Origin: Candidatus Fervidifonticultor quintus | GTDB taxonomy: Bacteria; Sysuimicrobiota; Sysuimicrobiia; Sysuimicrobiales; Humicultoraceae | Reading direction: 5' to 3' | Assembly (NCBI GenBank): GCA_031459535.1 | Contig: JAVKIJ010000001.1 | Location: 32,001-96,000 of the forward strand | Length of the DNA stretch: 64,000 nt | In this document: positions 40,081-48,620 of the stretch, in pieces | Layout of the letters: each line of letters begins with the position of its first letter | Numbering within the stretch: the stretch's first letter is position 1 | The notes under the pieces: generated by a model | Database searches by the model: none | Seen by the model: the letters and a program-made list of their open reading frames with translations, nothing else | Told to the model about the DNA's origin: nothing | Position numbers and translations under genes: made by a program

Positions 40081-40365
40081 CTACCGCAGCATCAGAAACA
40101 CCTTCCGCAGGCGCGCCATGTTTGCCCGAGCCTGCGGAGTGCCCCCGGCGTCTGTGCGCAGACACTTCTCCATGCCGGCGGCGATCAGGTCGATCGCCAC
40201 CCGATCCAGCGCGGCCCGCGCCGCCGCCACCTGCTGGGCCACATCGGCACAGTCGCGACCCTCAGCCAGCATCCGCTGGAGGCCCTGGACCTGCCCTTCA
40301 ACCCGGCGCAGCCTGCGGATGATCTCGTCGACCTCGGGCTCCCCCAGCTGCAGCACCGGCGTCAT
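40081..40365 (-). CDS. CsoR/RcnR-family repressor, CstR-like
   Basis: RLRRVEGQVQGLQRM..DCADVAQQVAAARAAL..GMEKC. Confidence 0.9.
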   Translation of the reverse strand: MTPVLQLGEPEVDEIIRRLRRVEGQVQGLQRMLAEGRDCADVAQQVAAARAALDRVAIDLIAAGMEKCLRTDAGGTPQARANMARLRKVFLMLR

Positions 40366-40377
40366 CGTCTTCTCCTG

Positions 40378-41043
40378 CTACGCAGCGTTCAGGATCTCAG
40401 CCAGGAACGCGGCCTCCGGCTGGGCACCTTCGAAGCCGCCGGTCTCGTTGATAACGACCTTCGGCACCCCGTAGACATGGTAACGGGCTGCCAACTCGGG
40501 GAACTCCATGGCCTCGTACACATCGGCCCGAATCCGGGCTGACTCCTGCGCAAACGCGTGCGCCAGGCGCGCGGCCTTGGGGCAGTAGGGACAGGTCGGC
40601 GTCACGAAGACTTTGAGGTGCACATCCCTCTGGAGGCTGGCCAGCGCTGCCCGGGTCTGCGCCGACAGCCCGCTGTCGCCGCGGGAGACCGCCACTAAGT
40701 CGTCGAGGAAAGCCGCGAACTCGAACCCCGACGGGATCCCGTAGTACCGTAGGTTGTTCTGGCCGTTGCGGCCGATCAGCACCGCCGGCAGGTGCTCGAT
40801 GGCCAGGGCGCGGGCGGTGACCGGGTCGCCGGCCGTGCTGTGGACCTGCAGGCGAATGCGGGGGTCGAGGGCCGCGACCTCCTCGAGGAGCTGCCTGGTG
40901 GTTTCGCAAGTCTCGCAGTCGCGGCCGGGAACCGCCAGGCCCCCGATAGTGTTGACGAAGAGCCTCACCGTGACGTCGCCGGCTAGCTCAGCCTGGAGCC
41001 GCTGCCGGACCTGCTCGGCCTGCTTGGCGCTCATGAGAGCCAT
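40378..41043 (-). CDS. Protein-disulfide oxidoreductase (PDO / AhpF N-terminal-like, two thioredoxin folds)
   Basis: CETC and CPYC; RYYGIPSGFEF, VYGVPK. Confidence 0.9.
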   Translation of the reverse strand: MALMSAKQAEQVRQRLQAELAGDVTVRLFVNTIGGLAVPGRDCETCETTRQLLEEVAALDPRIRLQVHSTAGDPVTARALAIEHLPAVLIGRNGQNNLRYYGIPSGFEFAAFLDDLVAVSRGDSGLSAQTRAALASLQRDVHLKVFVTPTCPYCPKAARLAHAFAQESARIRADVYEAMEFPELAARYHVYGVPKVVINETGGFEGAQPEAAFLAEILNAA

Positions 41044-41090
41044 TGCGCATCGCTCCTTCCCAGGAATGTTCCCAGACGCGGGCATAACCG

Positions 41091-41104
41091 TACCCTGTAG
41101 GGTA
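41091..41104. promoter_or_regulatory. CsoR/CstR-type operator palindrome
   Basis: TACCCT-GT-AGGGTA matches the TACCC-n4-GGGTA pattern and overlaps the -10/+1 region of the operon encoding the repressor. Confidence 0.8.
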
Positions 41105-41133
41105 TAATAGCAAACGTCTTGCGGATCTGTCAA
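41104..41133 (-). promoter_or_regulatory. Sigma70 promoter of the persulfide operon
   Basis: TTGACA-18 bp-TATTAT with TG extension, on the minus strand. Confidence 0.75.
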
Positions 41134-41240
41134 CAGGCTGGCGAGGCTGGCGCCGGCGGTTGCCGGTGGCGGAGCTGGGTGGTAGGATAAGTTGACTTCG
41201 GGGGCCGCGGGGCCTCGAGGCCGCGTCTGGAGGGGTGGCG

Positions 41241-41459
41241 GTGAATGAAGTCATCCTGATCGTTCACCTGGTCGTGTCCTTGGCTCTGATCGGGATCATC
41301 CTGCTGCAGGGGCCCAAGGGCGAAGGGCTCGGCGCCATCGGCGGCAGCGCCCGGATGTTTCACGGACCGCGCCCGCGCGAGACGCTGCTCACGCGGATTA
41401 CCGCCGGCGCCTCGGTGTTGTTTCTGGTGACGGGTGGACTGCTGGTCTTCTTGAAGTAG
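41241..41459 (+). CDS. secG: Preprotein translocase subunit SecG
   Basis: LIGIILLQGPKGEGLGAIGG..LTRIT. Confidence 0.9.
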   Translation: MNEVILIVHLVVSLALIGIILLQGPKGEGLGAIGGSARMFHGPRPRETLLTRITAGASVLFLVTGGLLVFLK

Positions 41460-41539
41460 CGCGACTGGCCGCGTGGGCGCCCAGGCGGCAGTGGAGGGAG
41501 CTCTGGCAGGAGGCCTGCCAGGGCTCCTCGCGTGGTGAG

Positions 41540-41914
41540 ATGCCCCCTGTCCTTGCCATAGCCCTGATGGTGGCCGCCGCGACCGCTCCGGCGCCGTCGT
41601 GGAAGGCGCTGTACCCCGGCGCGTATGGGGTGACCGTGCCGGCTGGAAGCGTCAAGATGCTGACGCTGCCCATCCCGTCCAGGCTTGCCAGCGCCGAGCG
41701 CCCGATGAGCTTCGCCTGGATTGTCCTCCGCCCTCTTCCCATCCCGGTCATGGTCGTCATGGAGCAGTGCAACCAACCCGACGTCTGCATTCCGTTGATC
41801 ATGCGCGCGAGCGGTCAGGGGAGCGGGACGACGGTGACCACCTTCAGGGTGACCAATCGGAGCGGGCGGGCGCTGGACGTCCAGTTCCGTTACACCATCT
41901 GGGACGCGCGCTGA
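41540..41914 (+). CDS. Hypothetical secreted protein
   Basis: Signal-peptide-like N-terminus; beta-rich sequence with a Cys pair. Confidence 0.55.
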   Translation: MPPVLAIALMVAAATAPAPSWKALYPGAYGVTVPAGSVKMLTLPIPSRLASAERPMSFAWIVLRPLPIPVMVVMEQCNQPDVCIPLIMRASGQGSGTTVTTFRVTNRSGRALDVQFRYTIWDAR

Positions 41915-41935
41915 GGGCGCTGGCGTCGGCGGCGT

Positions 41936-41965
41936 TTGACACCCCGAAATCGGCGTTCCTATAAT
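41936..41965 (+). promoter_or_regulatory. Consensus sigma70 promoter of tRNA-Leu
   Basis: TTGACA-18 bp-TATAAT. Confidence 0.85.
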
Positions 41966-42015
41966 GAAGTGCGCTTTCTCCCGACGGCCTCGGTCGGGCC
42001 CACCGCGCGTGCAAT

Positions 42016-42101
42016 GCCGGGATGGCGGAACTTGGCAGACGCGCACGCTTGAGGGGCGTGTGGGGTTTCCCGTGGGGGTTCAAATCCCCCTCCCGGCACC
42101 A
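42016..42101 (+). tRNA. tRNA-Leu (anticodon GAG)
   Basis: Acceptor GCCGGGA/TCCCGGC+ACCA, anticodon arm CACGC-TTGAGGG-GCGTG, long variable arm, GGTTCAAATCC T-arm. Confidence 0.96.
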
Positions 42102-42112
42102 AGTGTTGTCAA

Positions 42113-42160
42113 GGCGATGGAGTCCGCCTGAACCGCCCTGACGGGCTGATGGCTCCTACC
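42113..42160 (+). ncRNA. Fluoride riboswitch (crcB motif) 1
   Basis: GGCGATGGAGTCCGCC-TGAACC-GCCCTGACGGGC-TGATGGCTCCTAC; P1, P2 and GGAG/CTCC pseudoknot present. Confidence 0.92.
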
Positions 42161-42189
42161 CAACTCAGCGGGTAGGAGCCCTCTCTGTT
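42151..42189 (+). terminator. Riboswitch 1 expression-platform terminator
   Basis: GGCTCCTACCC-AACTCAGC-GGGTAGGAGCC followed by CTCTCTGTT; the left arm is the aptamer 3' end. Confidence 0.75.
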
Positions 42190-42213
42190 CCCGCTGTCAA
42201 CAGAGGCGGATCC

Positions 42214-43410
42214 GTGGAGCAGGTCTGGTTCACCGCAGCCATCTGGCTTGGACTCGCCCTCATCGCCACCCTCCTGTCGATCTGGCTGCGGGTGTCCGTC
42301 GCCCTAACCGAGATCACCGTGGGCATGGTGGCCCAACTGGTCGTCGCGGGAATCGCCGGGCCGGGGGCGCTGGGTGCCCGGGAAGGATGGATCGCCTTCC
42401 TGGCCGGCCTTGGGGCGATGGTGCTCACGTTTCTGGCCGGCGCAGAACTCGACCCGGACTCCTTCCGAAGGAACTGGAAAGAGGCAACCGTCATCGGGCT
42501 CGTGGGATTCTTCGCGCCGTTTCTGGGAGCCACGTGGGCGGCGCGGGCCTTGCTGGGGTGGGGTGTCCAGGCCAGCCTGCTTGCCGGCGTCGCCCTCTCC
42601 ACCACATCGGTCGCCGTCGTCTACGCCGTACTCCTGGAGCTCGGCCTCAACCGGACTGCCTACGGCAAGATCATTCTCGCTGCCTGCTTCATCAACGATC
42701 TGGGCACGGTGGTCGCTCTGGGCCTGATCTTCGCACCGTTCACGCTGCGCAGCCTGGCGTTTGTCGTGGGCCTGGGGGCGGGCCTTGCGGTATTGGTCCG
42801 GGCCACCGGCGCGCTTTTTGGGCGGTACGGGGGGCGGACTTCAGAGCTCGAGGCCAAGCACCTGCTGTTCGGCCTCTTTGTGCTGGGCGGGCTCGCGGTA
42901 TGGTCGGGCTCCGAGGCGGTGCTCCCTGCCTACCTCATCGGCATGGTCCTGGCGGGCACCGTGGGCCGTGATCAGGCCCTGGTCAGGCGGCTCCGGACGC
43001 TGACCTTCGGGTTATTGACCCCCTTCTACTTCATCCGGGCCGGATCGTTCGTCGATGTGCCTGCGGTGGTGGCGGGTCTCGGCGTGTTCACCGTGCTCTT
43101 CCTGGCGAAAGCGGTCAGCAAGTTCGTCGGCATCTTTCCGCTGACGCGCCGGTACGGCTATCCCCACAATGAGGGCATGTACACCACGCTGTTGATGTCC
43201 ACCGGCCTGACGTTCGGCACCATCGCCGCGCTCTACGGCCTCTCTCACGACATCATCACCCAGAAGCAGTACTCGTTCCTCGTAGCCACGGTGATCGCGA
43301 GCGCTGTGGTACCCACCTGGGTGGCCAACAAGTTTTTCCTGCCGGTGCGCCATCTCCCGTCCGAGGAGGCACGCGACCCCCAAGATGCGCTGACGGCTGA
43401 GCCCGAGTAG
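42214..43410 (+). CDS. Cation:proton antiporter (CPA family)
   Basis: Multi-TM; LTFLAGAELD, ALSTTSVAVV, FINDLG, TPFYFIRAG. Confidence 0.88.
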   Translation: MEQVWFTAAIWLGLALIATLLSIWLRVSVALTEITVGMVAQLVVAGIAGPGALGAREGWIAFLAGLGAMVLTFLAGAELDPDSFRRNWKEATVIGLVGFFAPFLGATWAARALLGWGVQASLLAGVALSTTSVAVVYAVLLELGLNRTAYGKIILAACFINDLGTVVALGLIFAPFTLRSLAFVVGLGAGLAVLVRATGALFGRYGGRTSELEAKHLLFGLFVLGGLAVWSGSEAVLPAYLIGMVLAGTVGRDQALVRRLRTLTFGLLTPFYFIRAGSFVDVPAVVAGLGVFTVLFLAKAVSKFVGIFPLTRRYGYPHNEGMYTTLLMSTGLTFGTIAALYGLSHDIITQKQYSFLVATVIASAVVPTWVANKFFLPVRHLPSEEARDPQDALTAEPE

Positions 43411-43438
43411 AGATGCAGGAATGCGGAGGGAGCGGACA

Positions 43439-43858
43439 ATGATCACGCACATCCTCATTGCTCACGACGGTTCCGATGTGGGGCGGCGGGCGGTTGAAGT
43501 CGGCACCGACCTGGCCCTGCGCTATGGGGCGAAAGCGACTCTGCTGACGGCGATTCAATATCCCGCCTATGCGGCCACGGTGGACGAGGTCCAGGGCGCC
43601 GACGAGGAGCAGCGGGCCTTCGCCGAACGGGTCCAGCGTCAGGCGATCGAGTACGCTCGGATGCGCGGCCTCGACATGTCGGTCGCGATTGTGGCGGGCC
43701 ATCCGGCCGAGGTGATCGTGGACTATGCAGGGCAGCACGGGATTGACCTGATCGTGATGGGACATCGGGGGCTGTCCGGGTTGAGGCGGTTTCTGGTGGG
43801 CAGTGTTGCGGACCGAGTGGTGGATCACGCACCATGCATGGTGTTGGTGGTGAGGTAG
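43439..43858 (+). CDS. Universal stress protein
   Basis: ILIAHDGS..GHPAEVI..DLIVMGHRG..VGSVADRVVDHAPCMVLVV. Confidence 0.93.
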   Translation: MITHILIAHDGSDVGRRAVEVGTDLALRYGAKATLLTAIQYPAYAATVDEVQGADEEQRAFAERVQRQAIEYARMRGLDMSVAIVAGHPAEVIVDYAGQHGIDLIVMGHRGLSGLRRFLVGSVADRVVDHAPCMVLVVR

Positions 43859-43970
43859 GGGGCCGGGACGCGGCCCGGCGGCTGACGCCCACTGTGACCG
43901 GTGTGGGACTGACCAGCCTGTTCTTTTGACTGGAGTCATAAGCTGGTCCCGGCGCTCATCGACGCCGGGC

Positions 43971-45587
43971 CTACGGGCTCGCCGCAGACACGGGGCTTGG
44001 GGGCATGCCGAAGACGCGCCGATACACGTCCTCTCCATGGCTGGTGGCGAGCGGCTCGCCTTCCAGGATTCGGTAGGTCCGACGCCCGTCGGGGAGTCGT
44101 TCGGCGCGAAGGAAGAGAGCCTCATCCAGTTGCTGCCGGTGCAGTGAGCGTGCGAGATCGAACAGGTGGGTGACGAAGACGATTCGCACACCGAGGTCCG
44201 CGAGCGCTCGGAGCACCTGGCGCGCGATCTCTGATCCTTCGCGCTCGTTGGTGGCAGCAAAGGACTCGTTGAGAAGAATGACAGAGTCCGGGCGGACGTG
44301 ATCGATGATCTCACTCATACGCCGCAGTTCTTCGTCGAACTTGCCGCTTCTCATCTCGACGTCCTCTTCCCTCTTGAAGTGGGTGAAGAGACCGCGGCAG
44401 AGGCTGGCGTGGAACGAGCGGACCGGAACGATCATACCCGCCTGCATCATCAGTAGCGCCGTGCCGATCGTGCGCAGGAAGGTGGACTTGCCGCCGGAGT
44501 TGGGACCGGTGATGATCAGGAGATTCTTCCGGTTCGCGTAGAGGTCGTTGGGGACCACGGGGCTATCGAGAGTCAGGGCGAGAGTGACGTCGTGCAGGCC
44601 CTGAAACGACAGCCGCCGCTCGCTCGCGGGAGAGGGCAGGGGCAGGGACGTGGGGTACCCCTTGCGGGTCAAGGATTCGTGGAGATTCAGACAGCCGATG
44701 TAGAAGGCGAGTTCCGCTCGCAGCATGGTGAAGAAGTCGCGCACGTGGTTGGCGGCTTGGCCCAGGGCGTCGGCGGCCGAGGCAGTGGCCCGATTGCGGA
44801 GCTCGGCCAGGGCCTGGACGCCGGCTTCGTCGCGGGGGGAGAGCTCGAAGCGATAGGTGGCTGGGTGCTCTTCGAAGAGGTTCTTCCACCAGTCGATCCA
44901 GGCTCGCCTGCGGGCCGAGGTCCGGTGCAAGCGGTAGTGGGTGCCCTTGTTGGCGGGGCCGAGCTCGGCACTGAACAGCAGGCCGTGTGGGAATGTGAGG
45001 TCGTGCAGGTGGCGTTCGACCGCTGTGAGGTAGTCGCCGCCGAGGTTCTGTTGGACCATGGCGAAGAACGTGGTCCAGGCCTGGGCGCCGAAGTGCCGTG
45101 CGTGGAACTCGGCGAGGTCGCGGAGCTTCCGGAGCGGTCCGAGGAGCTTCGTCATCGTCTCGCGGGAGTCGCGGAGCACCCAATCCGGGTAGCGAGAGAG
45201 CACGCCGAGATAGTGCCCCCTCAACGGTTCTGTGGCTTCCACCGCGAGGGCGTAGAGATGGCGGACCACAGCCGGTTGGCGGAGGCAATCGGCCAGAACA
45301 CACTGACGATACAGAATCGTGTCGAGATCACCTTGCACGGCCTCCAGGAGGACTCTGCGGCTGACCTCAAAGACCCAGTCGTCGCCCCGTGCCATGGCGT
45401 CCAGGAGGGGAATCAGGGCCAGGTCCCGCTCGAGGTCCTCGGCGTTCCAGGGAAAGCCGGCATGGGGATTGAAGCCAGCGGGACGGGAGCGTCGTTGTCC
45501 AGTACGCGCGGCGGTGCGCTCCACTGCCGCCTGCTGTACGTGCTCCCAGTCCAGATCCAGCGTGGGATGCAGAAGGTGGGCCTTCAT
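43971..45587 (-). CDS. MutS-related ATPase (domain V; MutS4B-like)
   Basis: ITGPNSGGKST, FTHFKREED, SGKFDEE, ILLNESFAATNEREG, FVTH; no mismatch-binding or Smr domain. Confidence 0.88.
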   Translation of the reverse strand: MKAHLLHPTLDLDWEHVQQAAVERTAARTGQRRSRPAGFNPHAGFPWNAEDLERDLALIPLLDAMARGDDWVFEVSRRVLLEAVQGDLDTILYRQCVLADCLRQPAVVRHLYALAVEATEPLRGHYLGVLSRYPDWVLRDSRETMTKLLGPLRKLRDLAEFHARHFGAQAWTTFFAMVQQNLGGDYLTAVERHLHDLTFPHGLLFSAELGPANKGTHYRLHRTSARRRAWIDWWKNLFEEHPATYRFELSPRDEAGVQALAELRNRATASAADALGQAANHVRDFFTMLRAELAFYIGCLNLHESLTRKGYPTSLPLPSPASERRLSFQGLHDVTLALTLDSPVVPNDLYANRKNLLIITGPNSGGKSTFLRTIGTALLMMQAGMIVPVRSFHASLCRGLFTHFKREEDVEMRSGKFDEELRRMSEIIDHVRPDSVILLNESFAATNEREGSEIARQVLRALADLGVRIVFVTHLFDLARSLHRQQLDEALFLRAERLPDGRRTYRILEGEPLATSHGEDVYRRVFGMPPSPVSAASP

Positions 45588-47116
45588 GGACGAACGCGTT
45601 CTCGGATCGCGTCGTACGTCAGGCCGTGCTTCCGCGCCAGTGTCAGGGCGTAGGCAAGGCCGTCGGCGGGCCGCCGGACGATCTTGAAGGTGCGCACCTC
45701 GGGATTGTCGGGGGTGACCGTGGCGACCATGCTGACGGTCTTGGCGCTCCACGAGGCCAGCTCATCGAGGAATGTCACCCACACGCAGAAGGCGTCGAGC
45801 TCCGAGATGGCAGAAATGACTTGTCTGGCCAGAGAAAGAGCATCGCGCAAGGTGGTGGAGGAAAAAACCTCGTTGATGACGAGGACACTGCTGGCTGTGG
45901 CAGCTTGGAGGATCTGGTGGATCCTGAGCACGTCGTGCTCCAACTGGCCCTGGGGGCTCGCGACGGGCTCCCCTCGTTCGAAGTGGCTGAAGATCCGATC
46001 CGGCAGAGATAGCCGCGCTGAGGCGGCTGGGACGGGGCATCCCAGTGACGCTAGGTAGTGAAGCTGACCGAAGGTGCGGGCAAAGGTGGTCTTTCCACCC
46101 TGGTTTGGACCGGTGACGATGATGATGCGCTCCGGATCATTCAGGCAGAAGTCGTTGCACACCGGCAGGGAGCCCTCTCGGACGAGTCTGGCCGCCAGCG
46201 CCAGATCGAAGCACTGATGAGCGTACACCCGCTGGGACGAATCGCCGATCCGAGGATAGCAGAAGTTCAGACCCGCACGCTTCATTGGTGCGATGTACTC
46301 GAGATAAGCCATGTAGAATTGCACTTCTCGGTCAAAGGCCTCGATAGCGGGTTCGAGGAACGATCCATGGGCGCCGCGAAATGCGGCGAGGTCGGCGAAG
46401 AGTTCGGGGTACAGGGCTGCGACGCCGTCGAGGACTTGGGCCTCGACGTGGTTCATGTTGGAGGAATTTGGGAAGGTGAACTGGTAGCCAGAAGAGTGGG
46501 TCTGGCGGAAGCGTTGGAACGTGTGGGTGATTTCTGCGCTGTAGTCGGTCTCACCCTGGTGGTGGCGCACCTCGACGAGCAATCCGCGGATGAGGGTAGC
46601 GTAGCGGAGCGAGGAAAGCGCAGCCCGAAGACGGTCGGCTTCGTCTCTGAGTTGCCTGAAGGCCGGCCCAGATGCGTAGGCGAGGAGGAAGCGGCGAAAC
46701 TCCAGGAGCCCGGCGGACTGAAGTCGCGCGGCGGAGAGGTGCTCGGCTAGGCGGGAAACGGCGTGGCAGTAAAGCCCGACGGCATCCAGGAACCAGCGCT
46801 CCTGCTGCCGCTGCCAGTACGCTTCTCTGGAGAGAGCGAGATGCGATCGAACGGTGCGCATGGCCGATGCAAAGTCAGCCACCTGGGCGAACAGCATGGA
46901 ATCTTCCAGATCCTTCATGACCGCCTGGCGGAAGAGGACCCCGCGGACCGAGGGGAGAGGGGTGTAGAAGAACGGGTTGAGATGATACTCCTCGCGGCCG
47001 GCGGCGACGCCGTTGACGACTTGGTCGAGAAGCAAGTCGGTAAAGAACGGCGGAGGCTCTGGCTGGAGGACCAGGCGCGCCTGATCGGGCGGAAAGAGCA
47101 GGCTCAGCCTCGTCAT
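45584..47116 (-). CDS. MutS-related ATPase (domain V; MutS4A-like)
   Basis: VTGPNQGGKTT, FSHFERGE, GQLEHD, VINEVFSSTT, WVTF; stop overlaps the partner's ATG. Confidence 0.88.
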   Translation of the reverse strand: MTRLSLLFPPDQARLVLQPEPPPFFTDLLLDQVVNGVAAGREEYHLNPFFYTPLPSVRGVLFRQAVMKDLEDSMLFAQVADFASAMRTVRSHLALSREAYWQRQQERWFLDAVGLYCHAVSRLAEHLSAARLQSAGLLEFRRFLLAYASGPAFRQLRDEADRLRAALSSLRYATLIRGLLVEVRHHQGETDYSAEITHTFQRFRQTHSSGYQFTFPNSSNMNHVEAQVLDGVAALYPELFADLAAFRGAHGSFLEPAIEAFDREVQFYMAYLEYIAPMKRAGLNFCYPRIGDSSQRVYAHQCFDLALAARLVREGSLPVCNDFCLNDPERIIIVTGPNQGGKTTFARTFGQLHYLASLGCPVPAASARLSLPDRIFSHFERGEPVASPQGQLEHDVLRIHQILQAATASSVLVINEVFSSTTLRDALSLARQVISAISELDAFCVWVTFLDELASWSAKTVSMVATVTPDNPEVRTFKIVRRPADGLAYALTLARKHGLTYDAIRERVRP

Positions 47117-47454
47117 GGCTTCGGCATCTGACGCTCGCATCGTAAGAGCAGCCCGCGCGCGGGCTCGAATCCTGGTTGGTCGTCGAGGATCTCGCGCAGG
47201 ATCTTCGCCGCGTCGGCGAACTGGCGTTGCTCGACGAGACTGTGGGCGAGGTGTAAGCGAAAGTGTGGTTCATACGGGTTGAGCCAAACAGCCAGCCGGA
47301 AGAAGCGCTCGGCAGGTTGGTACGCTTCGCACTTCATGAGATGTGCGCCGATTCGATCCTCGGCGTATCCCAGATGGGGACTAGGGCGCAGCAGTTCGTT
47401 GCGTCGCTCGTGAGGCGTGCCCCGGGTTCGACGCGCCGCCGCTACCATCGCCAC
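47113..47454 (-). CDS. Small tetratricopeptide-repeat protein
   Basis: IGAHLMKCEAYQPAERFFRLAVWLNP / LAHSLVEQRQFADAAKILREILDDQP; overlaps both neighbours. Confidence 0.75.
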   Translation of the reverse strand: MAMVAAARRTRGTPHERRNELLRPSPHLGYAEDRIGAHLMKCEAYQPAERFFRLAVWLNPYEPHFRLHLAHSLVEQRQFADAAKILREILDDQPGFEPARGLLLRCERQMPKP

Positions 47455-48170
47455 ACCACGCCCGGCGCACCCACGTACTTGTGGAGCACACGCTGCCAGG
47501 AGGTGGCCTCCCCCTGGCTCATGGGCTCGTGCCTAAACCGATAGTCGTGCTTTCGCCAGAATTCCGACAGGTCGTTCAACAGACCCTCCAGGAGCGCTCG
47601 CTCCGCATTCGTTAGCCACTCGAGGTCCGAGGAGGACTCGGTCTGGGTCATCACGGTGGCGAGATGTCGGAGACACAACCCCAGGCTCGACGCGTAGCGG
47701 GCGCGGAAGTCCTCGTCCGGCAGCGCCTGGGCCGTGGCCCACGTGTACCGCTCCTCCGCCTGCCACTGGTCGGCGCAGGCGAGGCAGGGCCGCTGGGGAG
47801 TCAGCCATGCTGACAGGCTGCGGCCGAGCCCTCCGTTCGATCCACCGAACAACGCCAGGCGCAGCCCGACGGGCTGACTCACGCGTCCAGCGGCTTCCGT
47901 AATGAAGGTGTCATAGAACTCCTGCAGCAGATGGCGATAGACAATGGCGATGCCGGTCTGGCTGTCCAGGATGTGTGTCAACCGCCAAGCGTGCGCCGCG
48001 CAGAAACCGCGCGAGGCGAGCAGGTCCTCTCGGGTCCAGGGGTCATTGACCCGCTCGTACAGAAATCCGTCGATCAGCCGCTCGACCCCCTGCACGCTGA
48101 GATGACAGACCGCGCAGTGCTGCCAGTCGAGGGCATGATAGACCGCGAGGAACAACTGGTCGTGCTGCAT
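47442..48170 (-). CDS. DUF6062-like Cys/His Zn-binding protein
   Basis: CAVC..YERVND..GFCAAH..CLAC..GLCLRH..KHDYRF. Confidence 0.75.
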   Translation of the reverse strand: MQHDQLFLAVYHALDWQHCAVCHLSVQGVERLIDGFLYERVNDPWTREDLLASRGFCAAHAWRLTHILDSQTGIAIVYRHLLQEFYDTFITEAAGRVSQPVGLRLALFGGSNGGLGRSLSAWLTPQRPCLACADQWQAEERYTWATAQALPDEDFRARYASSLGLCLRHLATVMTQTESSSDLEWLTNAERALLEGLLNDLSEFWRKHDYRFRHEPMSQGEATSWQRVLHKYVGAPGVVWRW

Positions 48171-48173
48171 GGG

Positions 48174-48620
48174 CTATCGGCGCTCTCCAACGGGGCTGTC
48201 GCGCCCGGGCCGTGGTCCTGCACCATCGCCGGTGCTGATCAGACTGGCCTCGAGCTCGGCCACGGCCCGACGCAGCCGATCGTGCCGTGCCCGCTGGATG
48301 GCCAGCGATCGCTGATACTGGGCGTTGGACGCTTCCAGCCCCGTGATGTTGAGACGGAGAGTGCGGATGGCCTCATCGGCCAGGTAGGCCCGGTGCCGGA
48401 GGATAGCCATCTCGGCCCTGGCAGCCGACCACTCATTGTGGAGCTGTTCGGTGGGTCGCTCCGATGCCGTCAATGCGTCAGCGGCATATGCCAGGAGGAT
48501 CTTGACTCCCTCCTCAGGCGTCCAGCCCCTCTCGCGGATGAAGGCCTCGAACCGCGTACGGAGCCGGGCCGGGATCGGAACGGCGATCCGCTCCATCCGT
48601 GGAAAGACGAACTCACTCAC
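48174..48620 (-). CDS. Hypothetical coiled-coil protein
   Basis: Operon-coupled ORF; short beta-alpha-alpha-like N-terminus followed by a heptad-rich helix. Confidence 0.65.
   Translation of the reverse strand: MSEFVFPRMERIAVPIPARLRTRFEAFIRERGWTPEEGVKILLAYAADALTASERPTEQLHNEWSAARAEMAILRHRAYLADEAIRTLRLNITGLEASNAQYQRSLAIQRARHDRLRRAVAELEASLISTGDGAGPRPGRDSPVGERR

Noticed and set aside
42070-42101. tRNA 3'-end duplication (attR) delimiting an integrated island
   Set aside because: No second copy noticed downstream by eye and no tyrosine/serine integrase in the window; needs a computed repeat search
43971-47116. Canonical mismatch-repair mutS or mutS2
   Set aside because: Proteins are ~510-540 aa, lack the mismatch-binding and Smr domains, and no mutL is adjacent
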